DNA of 64,000 nt from Neoechinorhynchus agilis. Taxonomy: Eukaryota; Animalia; Acanthocephala. The position numbers and the translations under genes were made by a program. Positions 50,561 through 62,014 of this stretch are shown piece by piece (position 1 is the first letter of the stretch; the number at the start of each line of letters is the position of its first letter). Under the pieces are notes generated by a model, which saw only the letters and a program-made list of their open reading frames with translations, was not told where the DNA came from and made no database searches. The stretch lies in the NCBI GenBank assembly GCA_051530055.1, contig CM121341.1:1736001-1800000 (forward strand), in the 5' to 3' direction.

Positions 50561-51388
50561 AACTCTGAAAGGAGTATTTGTAACTGAAATAACGGAAATA
50601 AATCGACCATGACATCTGTAATTTGCCCATAAAGTTTGTGCTAATTATTTTGAGTTTCCAAATCGTGATTTACCTTACAAAGACAATATTTTAAAATACT
50701 GCTTTTGACTGGGAAGCTCACTTTGAGTGTTTTCACATAAGGAAATGCTTATTGTTTTTAAGGCACTATGCTCCGGTTTATGATCCGCTACTGTGTTTTT
50801 GCAGATCGTGAAAGGGTTTTTAAATATTCTTCATTCAATACTGGATTTATGGCCTTTTTTAAATGTAAGACATAAAATATTCTGAATTTCTTAGCTAAAG
50901 TTGCTAAAAATTAACAATTGAATTTTTATTCGGCGCTCTTATTTTTGGACACACCATGTGATTAAAAATTCAAAAGGAGCTGATTGTTCATTCGGAAGCA
51001 TCAGGGAGCTACATTGGAATGATTTAAACATGGGTTTAGATCATTGATTTTAGTGGCTTTAAAGTCTACAAACATTTCAAAACTAATCTCGAACGCAGCT
51101 CAGATCTGCACAATACACCAAACTAAAAACAAAGTCGATTTATTGATTATGCTTTCAATTTTCACAAAAATATCAACACAAATCTCAGTCTATTTAAGTA
51201 GCTGGGCTTTACTAGATTGGAATGTTGGAGTTTACAATTTATTAGTTAAAAATCCTAAAACGTCCGTGTTGATTTTAGAAATGGATAACATGACCCCCTT
51301 CCACTTTATGAAACATTTCCTGAGCTCAAACTGGCGGATCAATTCGATTTTTAACGCTCACCTTTTAAATATAACTTTATTGAATGGT

Positions 51389-51629
51389 GGTGGTGGTGAA
51401 CATAATCTCCCCGGGTTAAAGATTCCTTTATTATTAGGAAATATTTCGAAAGAGGAAACCTCGCCTCATTGGACATTTTCCAGCCTCAACCGAGCTGACA
51501 AGACCGAACAAACGAAAAGAACTACTACACAAGCTTTTTTAGATGGCTGATGAGACGAGGTTTCCTCTTTCGAAATATTTCCTAATAATAAAGGAATCTT
51601 TAATCGGGGAGATTATGTTCATCACCACC
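51389..51629. repeat. Foldback element, ~80-bp inverted arms around an ~80-bp spacer
   Basis: GGTGAACATAATCTCCCC...GGAAATATTTCGAAAGAGGAAACCTCG and its near-exact reverse complement. Related single arms lie at ~51700-51760 and ~52890-52975. Confidence 0.85.
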
Positions 51630-52004
51630 CTTCAATATTTACCATCCCGAAGGATCTTCTTTTTGATATGATTATAACTTTAATAAATAAAAACGTCAAA
51701 ATAAGATTTATTCACCCGGTAAAGAATTTTTTTTATTAAAGACGTTTTGGACCTCATCGCTTTGACTTGTTTTTTCAAAACTTCAATGCTCACTCATCTT
51801 CCTTCGCACACATCCATTCTCTTCATCGATCATCCGACTGTGGTTGCAGTACAGAACAATTTTTACAGTATCATTCGTCATGCTCTCTTAATGCGCCATC
51901 TCTTCCACAAGTCTTTGTGAATCAGAGTGCAACGGATACACAGCGTTTCATGAACCACTGTTTTCCTGTGTTGCAATTCTATAGCAAAGAATCCTTCATT
52001 GTAG

Positions 52005-52331
52005 ATGATTAAATTGATAATCGCGGCTATTTTTACAGAAACAGCCTTAGCAAGGGAAGCTGAGCGTCAACCTCAGAATCCGTCGCGCAATGTTTACGCA
52101 ACTGTTGGAATTGTAGCCGATTGTTTAATGCTACTGGTTATAGTGCTTGGTATTCTTTGGTGTTTGGCTAAACCAATAAAAAGGAAATTCTTTCCCCAGA
52201 GATTAAAGTCAAGCAGTACAGATGGATCCAAATCCGACTTGGGCACTGGCCGACGGCGAAGTTCTGTACGCCGAAACACTCTCTATAATACGATTGAGAA
52301 GAATGAAGGCTCCTCGACCAAGATAAATTAG
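52005..52331 (+). CDS. 108-aa small single-pass membrane protein
   Basis: Signal-like N-terminus, one hydrophobic helix, basic cytoplasmic tail. No family recognised. Confidence 0.5.
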   Translation: MIKLIIAAIFTETALAREAERQPQNPSRNVYATVGIVADCLMLLVIVLGILWCLAKPIKRKFFPQRLKSSSTDGSKSDLGTGRRRSSVRRNTLYNTIEKNEGSSTKIN

Positions 52332-52665
52332 AAATATTTACAGTTCGATCTGATAGATTTAAGCGGTCATCGTTTGTGGCACCGAAAAAAATAAATTACA
52401 AACGTCGAATATGCTTAGAGTGCGTTGAAATTAAGCGATTAAATTCTTAAGTTTTTTGCAAAAATGGCTAGATGTTTACGGGTCGAAGATTAGTGCGGCT
52501 GCTGCTAATACTCATATATTCTAGTATTTTTGTAAATGCGACTTGATTTGAATGCCATAAGCACGCCATGTGATTGATAACATTGATTTAGTCGATAATA
52601 TCTGTAAACTAACCAATAGAAACCGTTAAAAGAATTGCGTAGCTTTTCTAAGTGTTGAAGTGAAC

Positions 52666-52784
52666 ATCTCTTCCACGGCTGATTATTTTCCTTGGGCACA
52701 CAACCCAATGATCTGGGTCCATACGGTTATTATTCAGATCAATGGGCTGTGTACCCAACGAAAATAATCAGCCGTGGAAGAGAT
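52666..52784. other. Near-perfect 119-nt hairpin
   Basis: 50-bp arms (52666-52715 and 52735-52784) with four mismatches and a 19-nt loop. Confidence 0.9.
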
Positions 52785-55225
52785 AGAAAAAAATGTAACG
52801 GGCTAACCAGACTTTATATAAAATTGCATAGTTTGTTGATAACATTTGCACTTGTTTTGTTATGACGGAAATTAAAATGATTTAGACTTGTGGTGAAGAA
52901 AATCCCGGTTAGAAATCATTTTATTGTAATGAAATATTTCGAAAGAGGAAACTTCGCCTCATCAATCATTGTTAAAGTGTTTTATTCGATCTTCACCACA
53001 GGTCAAAATTTACCGTCCCGATGGATTTTCTCGATATCATTAAAATGATTTATTGAATCTGATATTTTAGCACGCTCGTATGCCTTTATCAACGTTGCTT
53101 GTTCGTTTTCTGCAATGTGCCGAAATATATTGTTCAATAAATCATTTCAATTTTCCGCCACAATGAAACAACATTTACAATGTCACTTTGTTTTATCCAG
53201 TCATCTATAATAAAGAATTGGTCTTTTAGAATAAGTCCGTTCAATTCTATTTTCTTAATCATGTTTTTCTTAAAGATCTCGACCGGTCACAATTATTTTG
53301 ATGAAATAATCTTAACATGTGCGGCATAGATATTTCCCTTATTGCAAAGTTTTTAGCGCACATTACGAAGGTAAGGCCAAAAACGTTACAATTTATAGAT
53401 TTGTTCTTGTAGATTGAAGAATTATGAATTTTACGCTGGTATTTTTCAATGAATTTGACATTGTAAAAACATTGTTCACTTAATTTCCTATTTCTAATTC
53501 AAAATGTCGAGCTCTGTCGAACAAAAATTTAATTTTTAGTGTTCGTCGCTAGTTTCGCCTAAATCCGCCGGAACGCTAATATTTAGAACGCAAGATAAAT
53601 TTCAATAGATTATTCCATGACGTTTATAAGGCAACCAACTATTTTTCCATCTTTTTCTTGCCCAATCGTTTTTCGGTTGTAACCTCGAATAACGCCGTAA
53701 TTAAAAGTTTGCTCCGTATGAAAATCATCTCCAATAGCGTTTAAATTGCATAGATCTGCGATGATAGCCAAAACATCTCTACCATTTTTGGAGGATTCCA
53801 CCTTCCGCTTTCTACCATCAACAGTGTTTTGAAAACAGTTTCTATCGCCCGTACGATATATTTAATTCCATTCTCGTTTTGAATCTTGGTCTTAGCTCAT
53901 TTTAACAACCTTGTTGGATAAATTCTTAGGTTTCATTAAAAACGTTTTCTTGTAGGATAAAATATAAAATCAGCAACTAGAATTGAAGCGATTAAATTAA
54001 AACATTGATGTAGACTTGAAAGTTTTCCATGCGCTCAATTTTCTGCTTTTAGAATGCAGTCGATTCCGAGTAATTGGACCAGCGTAACCGGAGTCGATTG
54101 CCTATTACGCTCATTTAAATACATTTGTTTCGATTCTTTAGAATTCGGTGGTCCAATTAACGGGATTTGACAGCATATCCATATTCTAGAAATATTCAAA
54201 CCCAAGACTTTACATATTGTATCTTTATAAAAGGATCCCTTTGAACGTCTTCAGCTATATAGAAATGAGCTTTTTCGCTTCTACCTAACTCAATTTAGCT
54301 CTTTCCAACAAGAAGAGTATATCCACTATCGCTTTGAACGTAACCCAAGATTTATTTGATTGAAAATAGTGTTTAAGAAATTACACTATTTACACATCTT
54401 CGTTTCTGAGTTAATATCTTTTAAGTCGATGAACGCGCTAAGCAGCACATTGCATTACTGACTGCTCCCAGCTACCTTACAAGTAGTTGTAAAGATGTTC
54501 ATCGTTTACTGTTTTATAGCGAATTACAATGATTGATTTATTTGATAACTTTCGGCTTTCGCGTTGGCCTTCTTCAGTCTTTTGCTTATAAGTTTTTAAA
54601 TATGTAAGCTCGACAATATTTAAAAACTTACAAACAATAAGGAAATACAAGAGCTGGTGCCTTCCTGCGCCAAAACATTGGTCTCGCGATAGGAAAGAGG
54701 AAAAGCAGCGAGTGTGGTCGTGACCACTGAGGGGAGAGCGATGCTTCTTCGTGGACGGTGGTGATTGTTTAAACGTTTTGTTGTTGTGTGTGTTTAAAGC
54801 GATTTAGTGTAAAAAGCGATCAGTTTAAAGTACTATAATTCGCTATAAAAAGTAATTTATAAGTAGTCTTAGCATTTGATGTAAGAATCACAATTGGGGC
54901 ATCGATAAAGCAAAATACTTATGACGAAACCATTTCCGCTGATCGACAAAATTCCATCTGAATCAATGATATGTTTTTGTGTGTGTTATCGGATTTTCTT
55001 GATAACGCAACGACTTAAGAAGCAAATTCTAAAAAATCGTTGTTATGATTCGTGGAGTCGATAAAGAAGCAATCGACACGTTTAGAATTAGTTTAGCTGC
55101 AAATTGTTTTTTAAGAGACAGAGATGGAATATGGAAATGATATGAGTTGTTAGATAAAACCATAAAAAGCTCAAAATACAAGTTGGTTTCATCGTTCATT
55201 ATATACGAGATTTTATTCGATAAAA

Positions 55226-56134
55226 TCAACGAATTTGGTATTCAACAAAAGCACTGATCATAGTCATTAGCTCCACACTCGATTGCATAGCAGTACCGAG
55301 TTTTACAATATTTGAGGCATGCCGCCTTTGCAATTTCTGCAAAGCCTCAATATACGACCTACGGTCGTAAAAGCTTCCTCTATGAAATCTTAGATCATCA
55401 TCTCGAGAACAAGTCCTTTCCAATTTGGTCCAGAAAGAGTCTCTTCCCTTCCGAACTCCAAATGGAAGATAATATTGCTTAACGTCTTCTCTTGGTGAAA
55501 CATGTCCATTAAAGTGACGATGTTTATAATAATCCCGAGGAGGAAATCGTCGTTTGTTCACTTCCCTTTCAATATATGGGGATCGGGACCGTCTTTCATT
55601 CCGTGTTTCACAACATCGTTCCCGATACCTGATTCTGGTACTCTTAACGCTTCCCGAGTCGCTTCGTTCACTTCTATTTGCACGCAGATTGTTTGGTTCG
55701 TTTTTTCCATTTTGAACTTTAGTGTCTGAGCGGCCCAAATTTACAACAGTATCGGGCGTCCTAGTCTTCCTTCGTTGTAACCTTACCGGAGAAGTATCCC
55801 AATTTTCATCAGAAAAAGGGGAAACGTTGCGGTTGGCATCATTACATGATTGCCTTATTTCCTGTCTGCAGTTCGGTTTATCTTCATTTTTCTTGGCGAA
55901 TTGAGCATGAACTCTATTGTTTAAGACGTAATGTGGATTAGCGTCTACGACTGATTGGGCTCCATGTAGTGAACTGAAGTGAATAAAGGCGAATCGCCGA
56001 TTTCCGTCTGGACTTTGTTTTATAACGCACTCTTCAATCTTGTCAAATTTACCAAACACGTTCTCCAAATCGCCTTCATCGCAATCATTTGGGATTTTAT
56101 TCACGAATAATTTCCGACTCTCAAAGTTTGCCAT
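55226..56134 (-). CDS. Intronless single-RRM RNA-binding protein with an Arg/Ser-rich middle
   Basis: RKLFVNKIP (RNP2) and RRFAFIHF (RNP1). The probable start is MANFES at 56134. Confidence 0.85.
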   Translation of the reverse strand: MANFESRKLFVNKIPNDCDEGDLENVFGKFDKIEECVIKQSPDGNRRFAFIHFSSLHGAQSVVDANPHYVLNNRVHAQFAKKNEDKPNCRQEIRQSCNDANRNVSPFSDENWDTSPVRLQRRKTRTPDTVVNLGRSDTKVQNGKNEPNNLRANRSERSDSGSVKSTRIRYRERCCETRNERRSRSPYIEREVNKRRFPPRDYYKHRHFNGHVSPREDVKQYYLPFGVRKGRDSFWTKLERTCSRDDDLRFHRGSFYDRRSYIEALQKLQRRHASNIVKLGTAMQSSVELMTMISAFVEYQIR

Positions 56135-57264
56135 CTTAATCGTGTATTTTTGTAAAAATGTAACCGAAAAGGATGTTGTGCACGAATCAAGTACACCAGC
56201 GAATTCGAACGATCGTTTTTGTTCACTTGGTGCGCATAGCAGCGTCACAAGAAATTGATTAATGTGGACTGGTGGCTTTCAGGCTGAAAAATAGGCTAAT
56301 ATCTTTTATATTCCCATTCAAAGGAGATCGTAGGATTATCCAAAGAATTTTATATTTTACGTGTACAAATTCGTTGTAAATGCAATTGAATTAGGGAACT
56401 TTTGTTCATTCAAAAAGTAACATGTTCATCTAATTCGATTTTAAAAAGATGTTTTTATTCGGAACAAATCTGACACTTCGAATCGATGAGACGATGTCAA
56501 GATTGTAACCAAAACGAGAACAATTTCAGGCATAATATAAAAGTCAACAGTGAGAGAAATTGTACGCACGAAAAAAATATTGTTGCGATGAATAAGATTG
56601 TCAGGTTGAATTTAGACCGAAATACATTTTTCATCTGGGAAATGCCATAACGGAAAAATTAAAACCGTTAAATAGTGCTAACCTAAGTTATCAATCAATA
56701 TTCATCTTCTACGACGTAGATTAATGGTATGCAGCAAAATAAATGCAAACGACTATTAAATCTTAAAAAGAGGAATTATTGAACGTGTCGACCTTATAAG
56801 AAGACTTCACGGTGTTTTATTAGTTCTATCAAAGTCGATAAGAAATTTTATAAGAGACGATAGTTTCCAAAACATGTTTTAGCAAATTTTACTATTCTAA
56901 ATCGCTCCATTTTTAAATACTTTGTTATCTTTTTCCGATCGAAGAAAATCTTTTTTGGCTTATAACGTACCTAATTTGATGCTTATTTAAATATTTCTTA
57001 ACAATTCGGCGCATTGTCATCTTACAAATTATCTTGATTAATTCGTTTTTAAAGGCAGAATTCAATTTCTATCAGATCATAAGATAAAAACGCTTGGGCT
57101 TCAAGAGTTAAACATTTTTACTATATATTACGACCTTTCTTAAACGCCATTATAAAACACACAAAATAAAAAAAACTCAAACCTAAATGTGATTTGCGCA
57201 AGTTTTACTATGGTGATAAGATTCATATAAAAGGCAATAATTGGAATAACCCAAAAGGTGGAAT

Positions 57265-57729
57265 ATGGTGCTACTAGAAGGAATAGCGGCTTATATTCTT
57301 TATGTCCTATATAACACAAAAGCTCCTACTGAATTGAAAATGAACACAAAGACCGTCGAGGCATACAAAAGCGGAATCCTTCAGTGTATCAACCTTCTTA
57401 GAAGACTTCACAACGCTCATGTCCTTGATTACAAAGAAAGGAAAAAACGGTTGTTCAATTTGGGGCGGCCTGCGTACACTGAAGTACTTTGTGATGTTCA
57501 AAGTGATATAGAGAACTTGAATCTTAGCACCTTGTGCCGCCGTTTGTATTGCAATCAACCGTCAAGAAACATTTTAATTTGGAAAGAGCACCGATATGTG
57601 GATGTTATCTTACACGGCGAAAATTTTGTTATTTCATTGCATAGCCAAAATCGAATGGAAGATTATACAGATGAGGAGAAAATTAGAAAAAACGTTCTCC
57701 CTTGTAGCAGACCTAATGAATGTGAATGA
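57265..57729 (+). CDS. 154-aa secreted protein, divergent CAP/SCP (GAPR-1-like), paralog 1
   Basis: Hydrophobic N-terminus; YKSGILQCINLLRRLHN, LIWK and KNVLPCSRPNECE. Clearly paralogous to 58631-59092. Confidence 0.75.
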   Translation: MVLLEGIAAYILYVLYNTKAPTELKMNTKTVEAYKSGILQCINLLRRLHNAHVLDYKERKKRLFNLGRPAYTEVLCDVQSDIENLNLSTLCRRLYCNQPSRNILIWKEHRYVDVILHGENFVISLHSQNRMEDYTDEEKIRKNVLPCSRPNECE

Positions 57730-58630
57730 TTTATGTTTGTATTTAATTAAATGTTTAGCGGTGCTATTTTCATAGACGGATGAATCAATAATCCCATTTC
57801 TATCGTCAATTTTCTGGATTACATCTTATTTGAATTGAGAATTCCGGTTTGAAGAGTTCCTGTGATACCAATAAAGCGCGTTGTTTACTCCTAAAAACAC
57901 CATAGTTTATCAGAAATTAAGGAGCGAACTCTATCTAATATTCGTGTATTTTTTCAGTCCGTTCAAAACCGAAGATTTCGTTATTTTAACTTCGTTGTCT
58001 TGAATTTATCCACCATCCGCTTTCAAGAATATGATAAGAATCTGAATAGTCACAAACTTTTATAAGAAGAGATTCGAAGTGCACGAGATCACTTTTATTT
58101 TTGCGTTGTTCAAGCCTCCAATAAATCTTTACTCCCTATTATTCCAGCCTTGTAGCCATTGAGCTCTTGATAAGATCTTACTAAAAGTATATTTATTGGT
58201 TTATTTTTGCGGACAACCACTAACTGGTTCAATTTATCGGGAAATGGGAAATTAAAATAATAATCTATGAATTATGAAAATATGACTAGGAAAAGTTTCC
58301 TGTATTGAAATGCCATAGCCTTTTAAGAAAATAAAAATCGCCTTTAGCACATTCATGATATAAAACATTCGATATATTTGTTTGAAGAATTCTCAAATTG
58401 CACCGATTTTTTATATCCATCTTTGTGGGTATTAGAGTTGGTATCGCCGGACTTGATTAATCTCATTACTTTTCGTTTTAAAATAAGAAATATAGCGACT
58501 TTTCGTAATCTTCATTTAGTATAAAATAAAATCGATAGAATAATTTAAAATAAAATGAAGTTGGTGGGAGTGTAACCATGGTACCAACATCCATTTAAAA
58601 CACAAAATTTAAGAAGTTAAGGAGTAAAGC

Positions 58631-59092
58631 ATGATGTTACTTGCTGCCGCAATCAATATTCTTGTCCTAAGTAGCTTTACCGTTTGTAAGGAGGAAGTGA
58701 GGATGAACCCTGCGACTATTGAATCTTTCAAAAGAGGACTACTTCAATGTATCAACCTTTTAAGAAGACACCACAATGTTCCACCAGTTATCCCAAAAAC
58801 AAGAAAGGAATTTTATTCAAAACGATGGTTTCCAAAATACATGGATCCAGGCATTCAGGTACCAAGAGATATAGAGGATTTAAACCTGGACAGCATGTGC
58901 CGTGTACTATATTGCAGAAAAAAAGTAAGGAATTTAATAGTTTGGAAAGCGCTTCAATGTGTGGAAATTACTACGAAACACGATTACTTTGTTATCCATA
59001 TCGTTTTCGACGGACATGAAAAATATTTCAACAATATGAAAAATATAAGGGAAAACGTTCTCCCTTGTAATAGACCTAATGAATGTGAATGA
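58631..59092 (+). CDS. 153-aa secreted protein, divergent CAP/SCP (GAPR-1-like), paralog 2
   Basis: Signal peptide; FKRGLLQCINLLRRHHNVPPV, IVWK and ENVLPCNRPNECE. Confidence 0.75.
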   Translation: MMLLAAAINILVLSSFTVCKEEVRMNPATIESFKRGLLQCINLLRRHHNVPPVIPKTRKEFYSKRWFPKYMDPGIQVPRDIEDLNLDSMCRVLYCRKKVRNLIVWKALQCVEITTKHDYFVIHIVFDGHEKYFNNMKNIRENVLPCNRPNECE

Positions 59093-59115
59093 TCTATGTT
59101 TGTATTTGATTAAAT

Positions 59116-61330
59116 GTTTCTGAGACTGAGAACAGGAAAGGGATTCATCTTTAGTTTATTAAAGGTTTTTAGTCATTGTTGGTCGCCTCAGATTCATCGT
59201 GGTTTTCGTTTAAGAGCAATCCGATTTGGGCTCGGAACGTTCTCTTTCATTGAAGGCACTGAATTGTTCCTAATGTTTGGCTTCTCGGCGATTGTCTTCT
59301 TGTTTGGGTGTCTCCAGGCCAGTCGTTTTTAAGCAAGATTTATCCAGGTTTTGTGGTCGATGTTGGGTTTTGTCATGATAATTTTAATCTGGAATCTAAA
59401 TCGCCTGTATTGTCCCCGCATTTTCTTGCTTCTTCAATCAGCTCCACATAGAGGAGAGTTGTTTAGGGTTCAGTGTGTCATCCCTTCTCTCGAGATGTCC
59501 AAGCCAACGGATTCGATTCTCACGGATTTTGATCTCTTAAGGACTTGGTTGTTAGCCATATAGTCTTCCAAACTAAAGCAGAGGATTTGTCGGAGTTTTG
59601 ATCTTGATGTGCTTTCGTTTCGAACGATCCAGGTTTCTGAGCCGTACAGCAGAGTCGTGAGAACGACAGCACGGTATTCCCGGATTTTTTGTCGGTTGGA
59701 GCTGCCGAATGCTCGTTTTCGGAGTTTTCAATAAGATGCGTGCGCTTCTCGAATTCCTGCAAGGACCTCCAGGTAACAACATTAGTCGACTTGGTCAAGA
59801 GGCATATCATTGATGTTGACGTGGAAGGCCGGAATCGGATTTTGAGAAGGATTCTAAATAAGGACTCTAGTTTTGATGGGGTTTCTATTCAGTCCAAAAC
59901 AATTCATAGGCAGTTGGAAAAGATGTTGGCAGTTGTTCCAGTTTGACAGGATCGTCAGATGGAGTATCATTGTCATGGGCGTAGTGCATCTCGTTGATGG
60001 TAACTTCGAATGTTCTCATTTTGCTCTTTAAATGGTTCAAGATAACCTCCTTTGTCATAATGATATTGGAATTGAATGTCATAGATCTGTCCTTTTGTTG
60101 GATACAGTAACGCTGTGAGGTAGATCGAGACGATCGCTGGAGTAGTTGACATTTATATCTGACCATGGCAGTCATTCTATCTTGGACAGCCAAAGCGATA
60201 CCGAACTCTCTAAAGGGTGTCGAAGGCCTTGGGATAGATTAAACATGAGGTCGTTGCTATTTTTTGGCTTTTTATTGACGCTGATCGACGCTGCAGGTTC
60301 CCTCTGGGCTGGTAAAATTCCTTCCGTGAGGAGAAGCAGCCTATTCAGGGAGTTCCCTGCTGTCGATAGTAGCGAGATTCCTTCATAGTAACGCAAACCC
60401 ATGGATCTATCGTCCCTTTTGAAGATTGGCTTGTTGACTGAATTCCGGTAGTCTGATGGGATATCTTCAGAGTTTCGCTTCCTCGGTACTTGACCAACAT
60501 ACCAGAAGATTTGTTGTTCTTAAGTTGTCTGATGAGAATACTCAATTGATAGAGAGTCGGTGGAATGTCCATGTGGTTTTTTATTGGAAATCGTGGGACA
60601 GGATACAAAACCTTTTGGGGATGCTGCTGATGGTACGTTGAGTAGAGTGGTTCCTCCAGCGTTCGCAGATTTGAATGAAGCACTAGCCAAAAGATCCCTC
60701 TTGTGGTGACCATCATCATGTTGCTGGAGTAGTCATTTATAATCTGGCGAATGCGTTTCTCAGTGCGTGCTTTCGTTTTTCGAAATTATTCCTTCCTCGA
60801 TGTGGATCGAGGATCGTTTTCAGATCCAATTATAGCTTTTCTTTTTAGTTCAAATAACGTTGCAATCTATGCATCATTTTCATTGAACCAATCAGGTTAT
60901 TTTCTCTTTTGGAGACCGAGATGTTCATTGGCACCTTTAATCATGGAGGACTTCAGGCTTTCTCTGTGTTCTGAAATATTTATCGACCCATCCGAGGGGC
61001 ATCGAATTCCGGGGGACACCCTAGCCGTATTTTGATTCATTATGGACCCTAAACCCCCCCTCGAGTGTTACTGGGATTTGAGCTTGGTCCATCGCCGGAG
61101 TCTTAGTTTGTCGAAGTCCGCCATTTTGTAGCCTCCGAGTGGCATAATCTTCCTTCGCTGATTCAAGATCACCTTTGAAGACTTCCACCAGTACCCCATT
61201 TGTCTTCTAATGTTCAGGGTTCTTGGCAGACTTGCCCATCAACCTTAGCGGTCAAGGCCCTCTTTGTCCCAGCCGTCGCGGTGTCCTAGATGCCAATACG
61301 GGGAATCGCGCTTGGATTTCTTAATCTAGA
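59116..61330 (-). mobile_element. Decayed RTE-clade LINE (APE plus RT), with 5' UTR
   Basis: TLNIRR at the APE start, ILIRQ...YRGSE, GISLLSTAG...ILPAQ in the RT, and C-terminal RTFRAQIGL. Many frameshifts. Confidence 0.85.
61241..61330 (-). ncRNA. Decayed HDV-like ribozyme relic in the RTE 5' UTR
   Basis: UUCCCGU...GGCAUCU...GACC-GCUAA-GGUU. Homologous to 63604-63680 but with P1 partly lost. Confidence 0.4.
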
Positions 61331-61419
61331 CGACGGTTATAGTTTTTACCAATTTACAAACTTAAGGTTTCAATTTAAATATTTATGTCACAACGACCCT
61401 TTTCTGTTCAATGTGAGGG

Positions 61420-61658
61420 GGCCCAGTGGCCGTGTGGTGTGCGCGTTCATAATGCGCTTGATATGTCGCCGGTTCAACACCACCGGTCGCTGGGTTCCAC
61501 GGTTGTGCGAGGCTGCTGGAAGGGGGTGGGGTCAGGTTTTGAGATCGCCCATCGGCCCCAAAGGGGGTTGGCCCTGTTCCTTCGAGTGCGGCTAAGCGCT
61601 TCCGTTGTGTGCAAGTTAGCCGAAAGGCTCAAAAAGGAATATAGCCGAAAGGCTCAAA
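61420..61658 (+). mobile_element. tRNA-derived SINE-like element or tRNA pseudogene with a structured body
   Basis: GGCCCAG/CTGGGTT acceptor-like stem, A-box-like TGGCCGTGTGG, arm GCGCG-TTCATAA-TGCGC, B-box-like GGTTCAACAC, and a duplicated TAGCCGAAAGGCTCAAA at the 3' end. Confidence 0.55.
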
Positions 61659-62014
61659 CGAAGATGTCGCAAGACCAATGAGTATGTGGCCTTTGATAAT
61701 AATAAAATAATGTTCAATGTGTGACGTGAACGAGTTTTTAGTGCCGCTTATTTCAAAATTCGAACCGTTCCAAATACCTAAGGTGCTTCCCCAATCTGGA
61801 CTTGTCACCAACGACTATTTAGATTCGAACCGTATTTTACGATTAAAGTGGTGCGACCAAACAAAGTGGAATGTTTATCAACATCCCATATTTTCACTCT
61901 CGGGATTGTTTATCAAAAACATTGCAATTCACGGTCTAATCAACGTTCGTTCGAGAGCTTAACATCACAGCTCAATCTAAAAGCTCATATTTCGATCACC
62001 TCTTTATTGAAATA

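Noticed and set aside
51547-51585. CTGATGA...CGAAA hammerhead-like core in the foldback arm
   Set aside because: Stem II is imperfect, there is no stem I partner, and other family copies lack CTGATGA.
61450-61600. HDV-like fold in the tRNA-like SINE body (UCCACG, GG, long helix, GCUAA)
   Set aside because: P3 cannot be paired and there is no G-initiated P1 strand.
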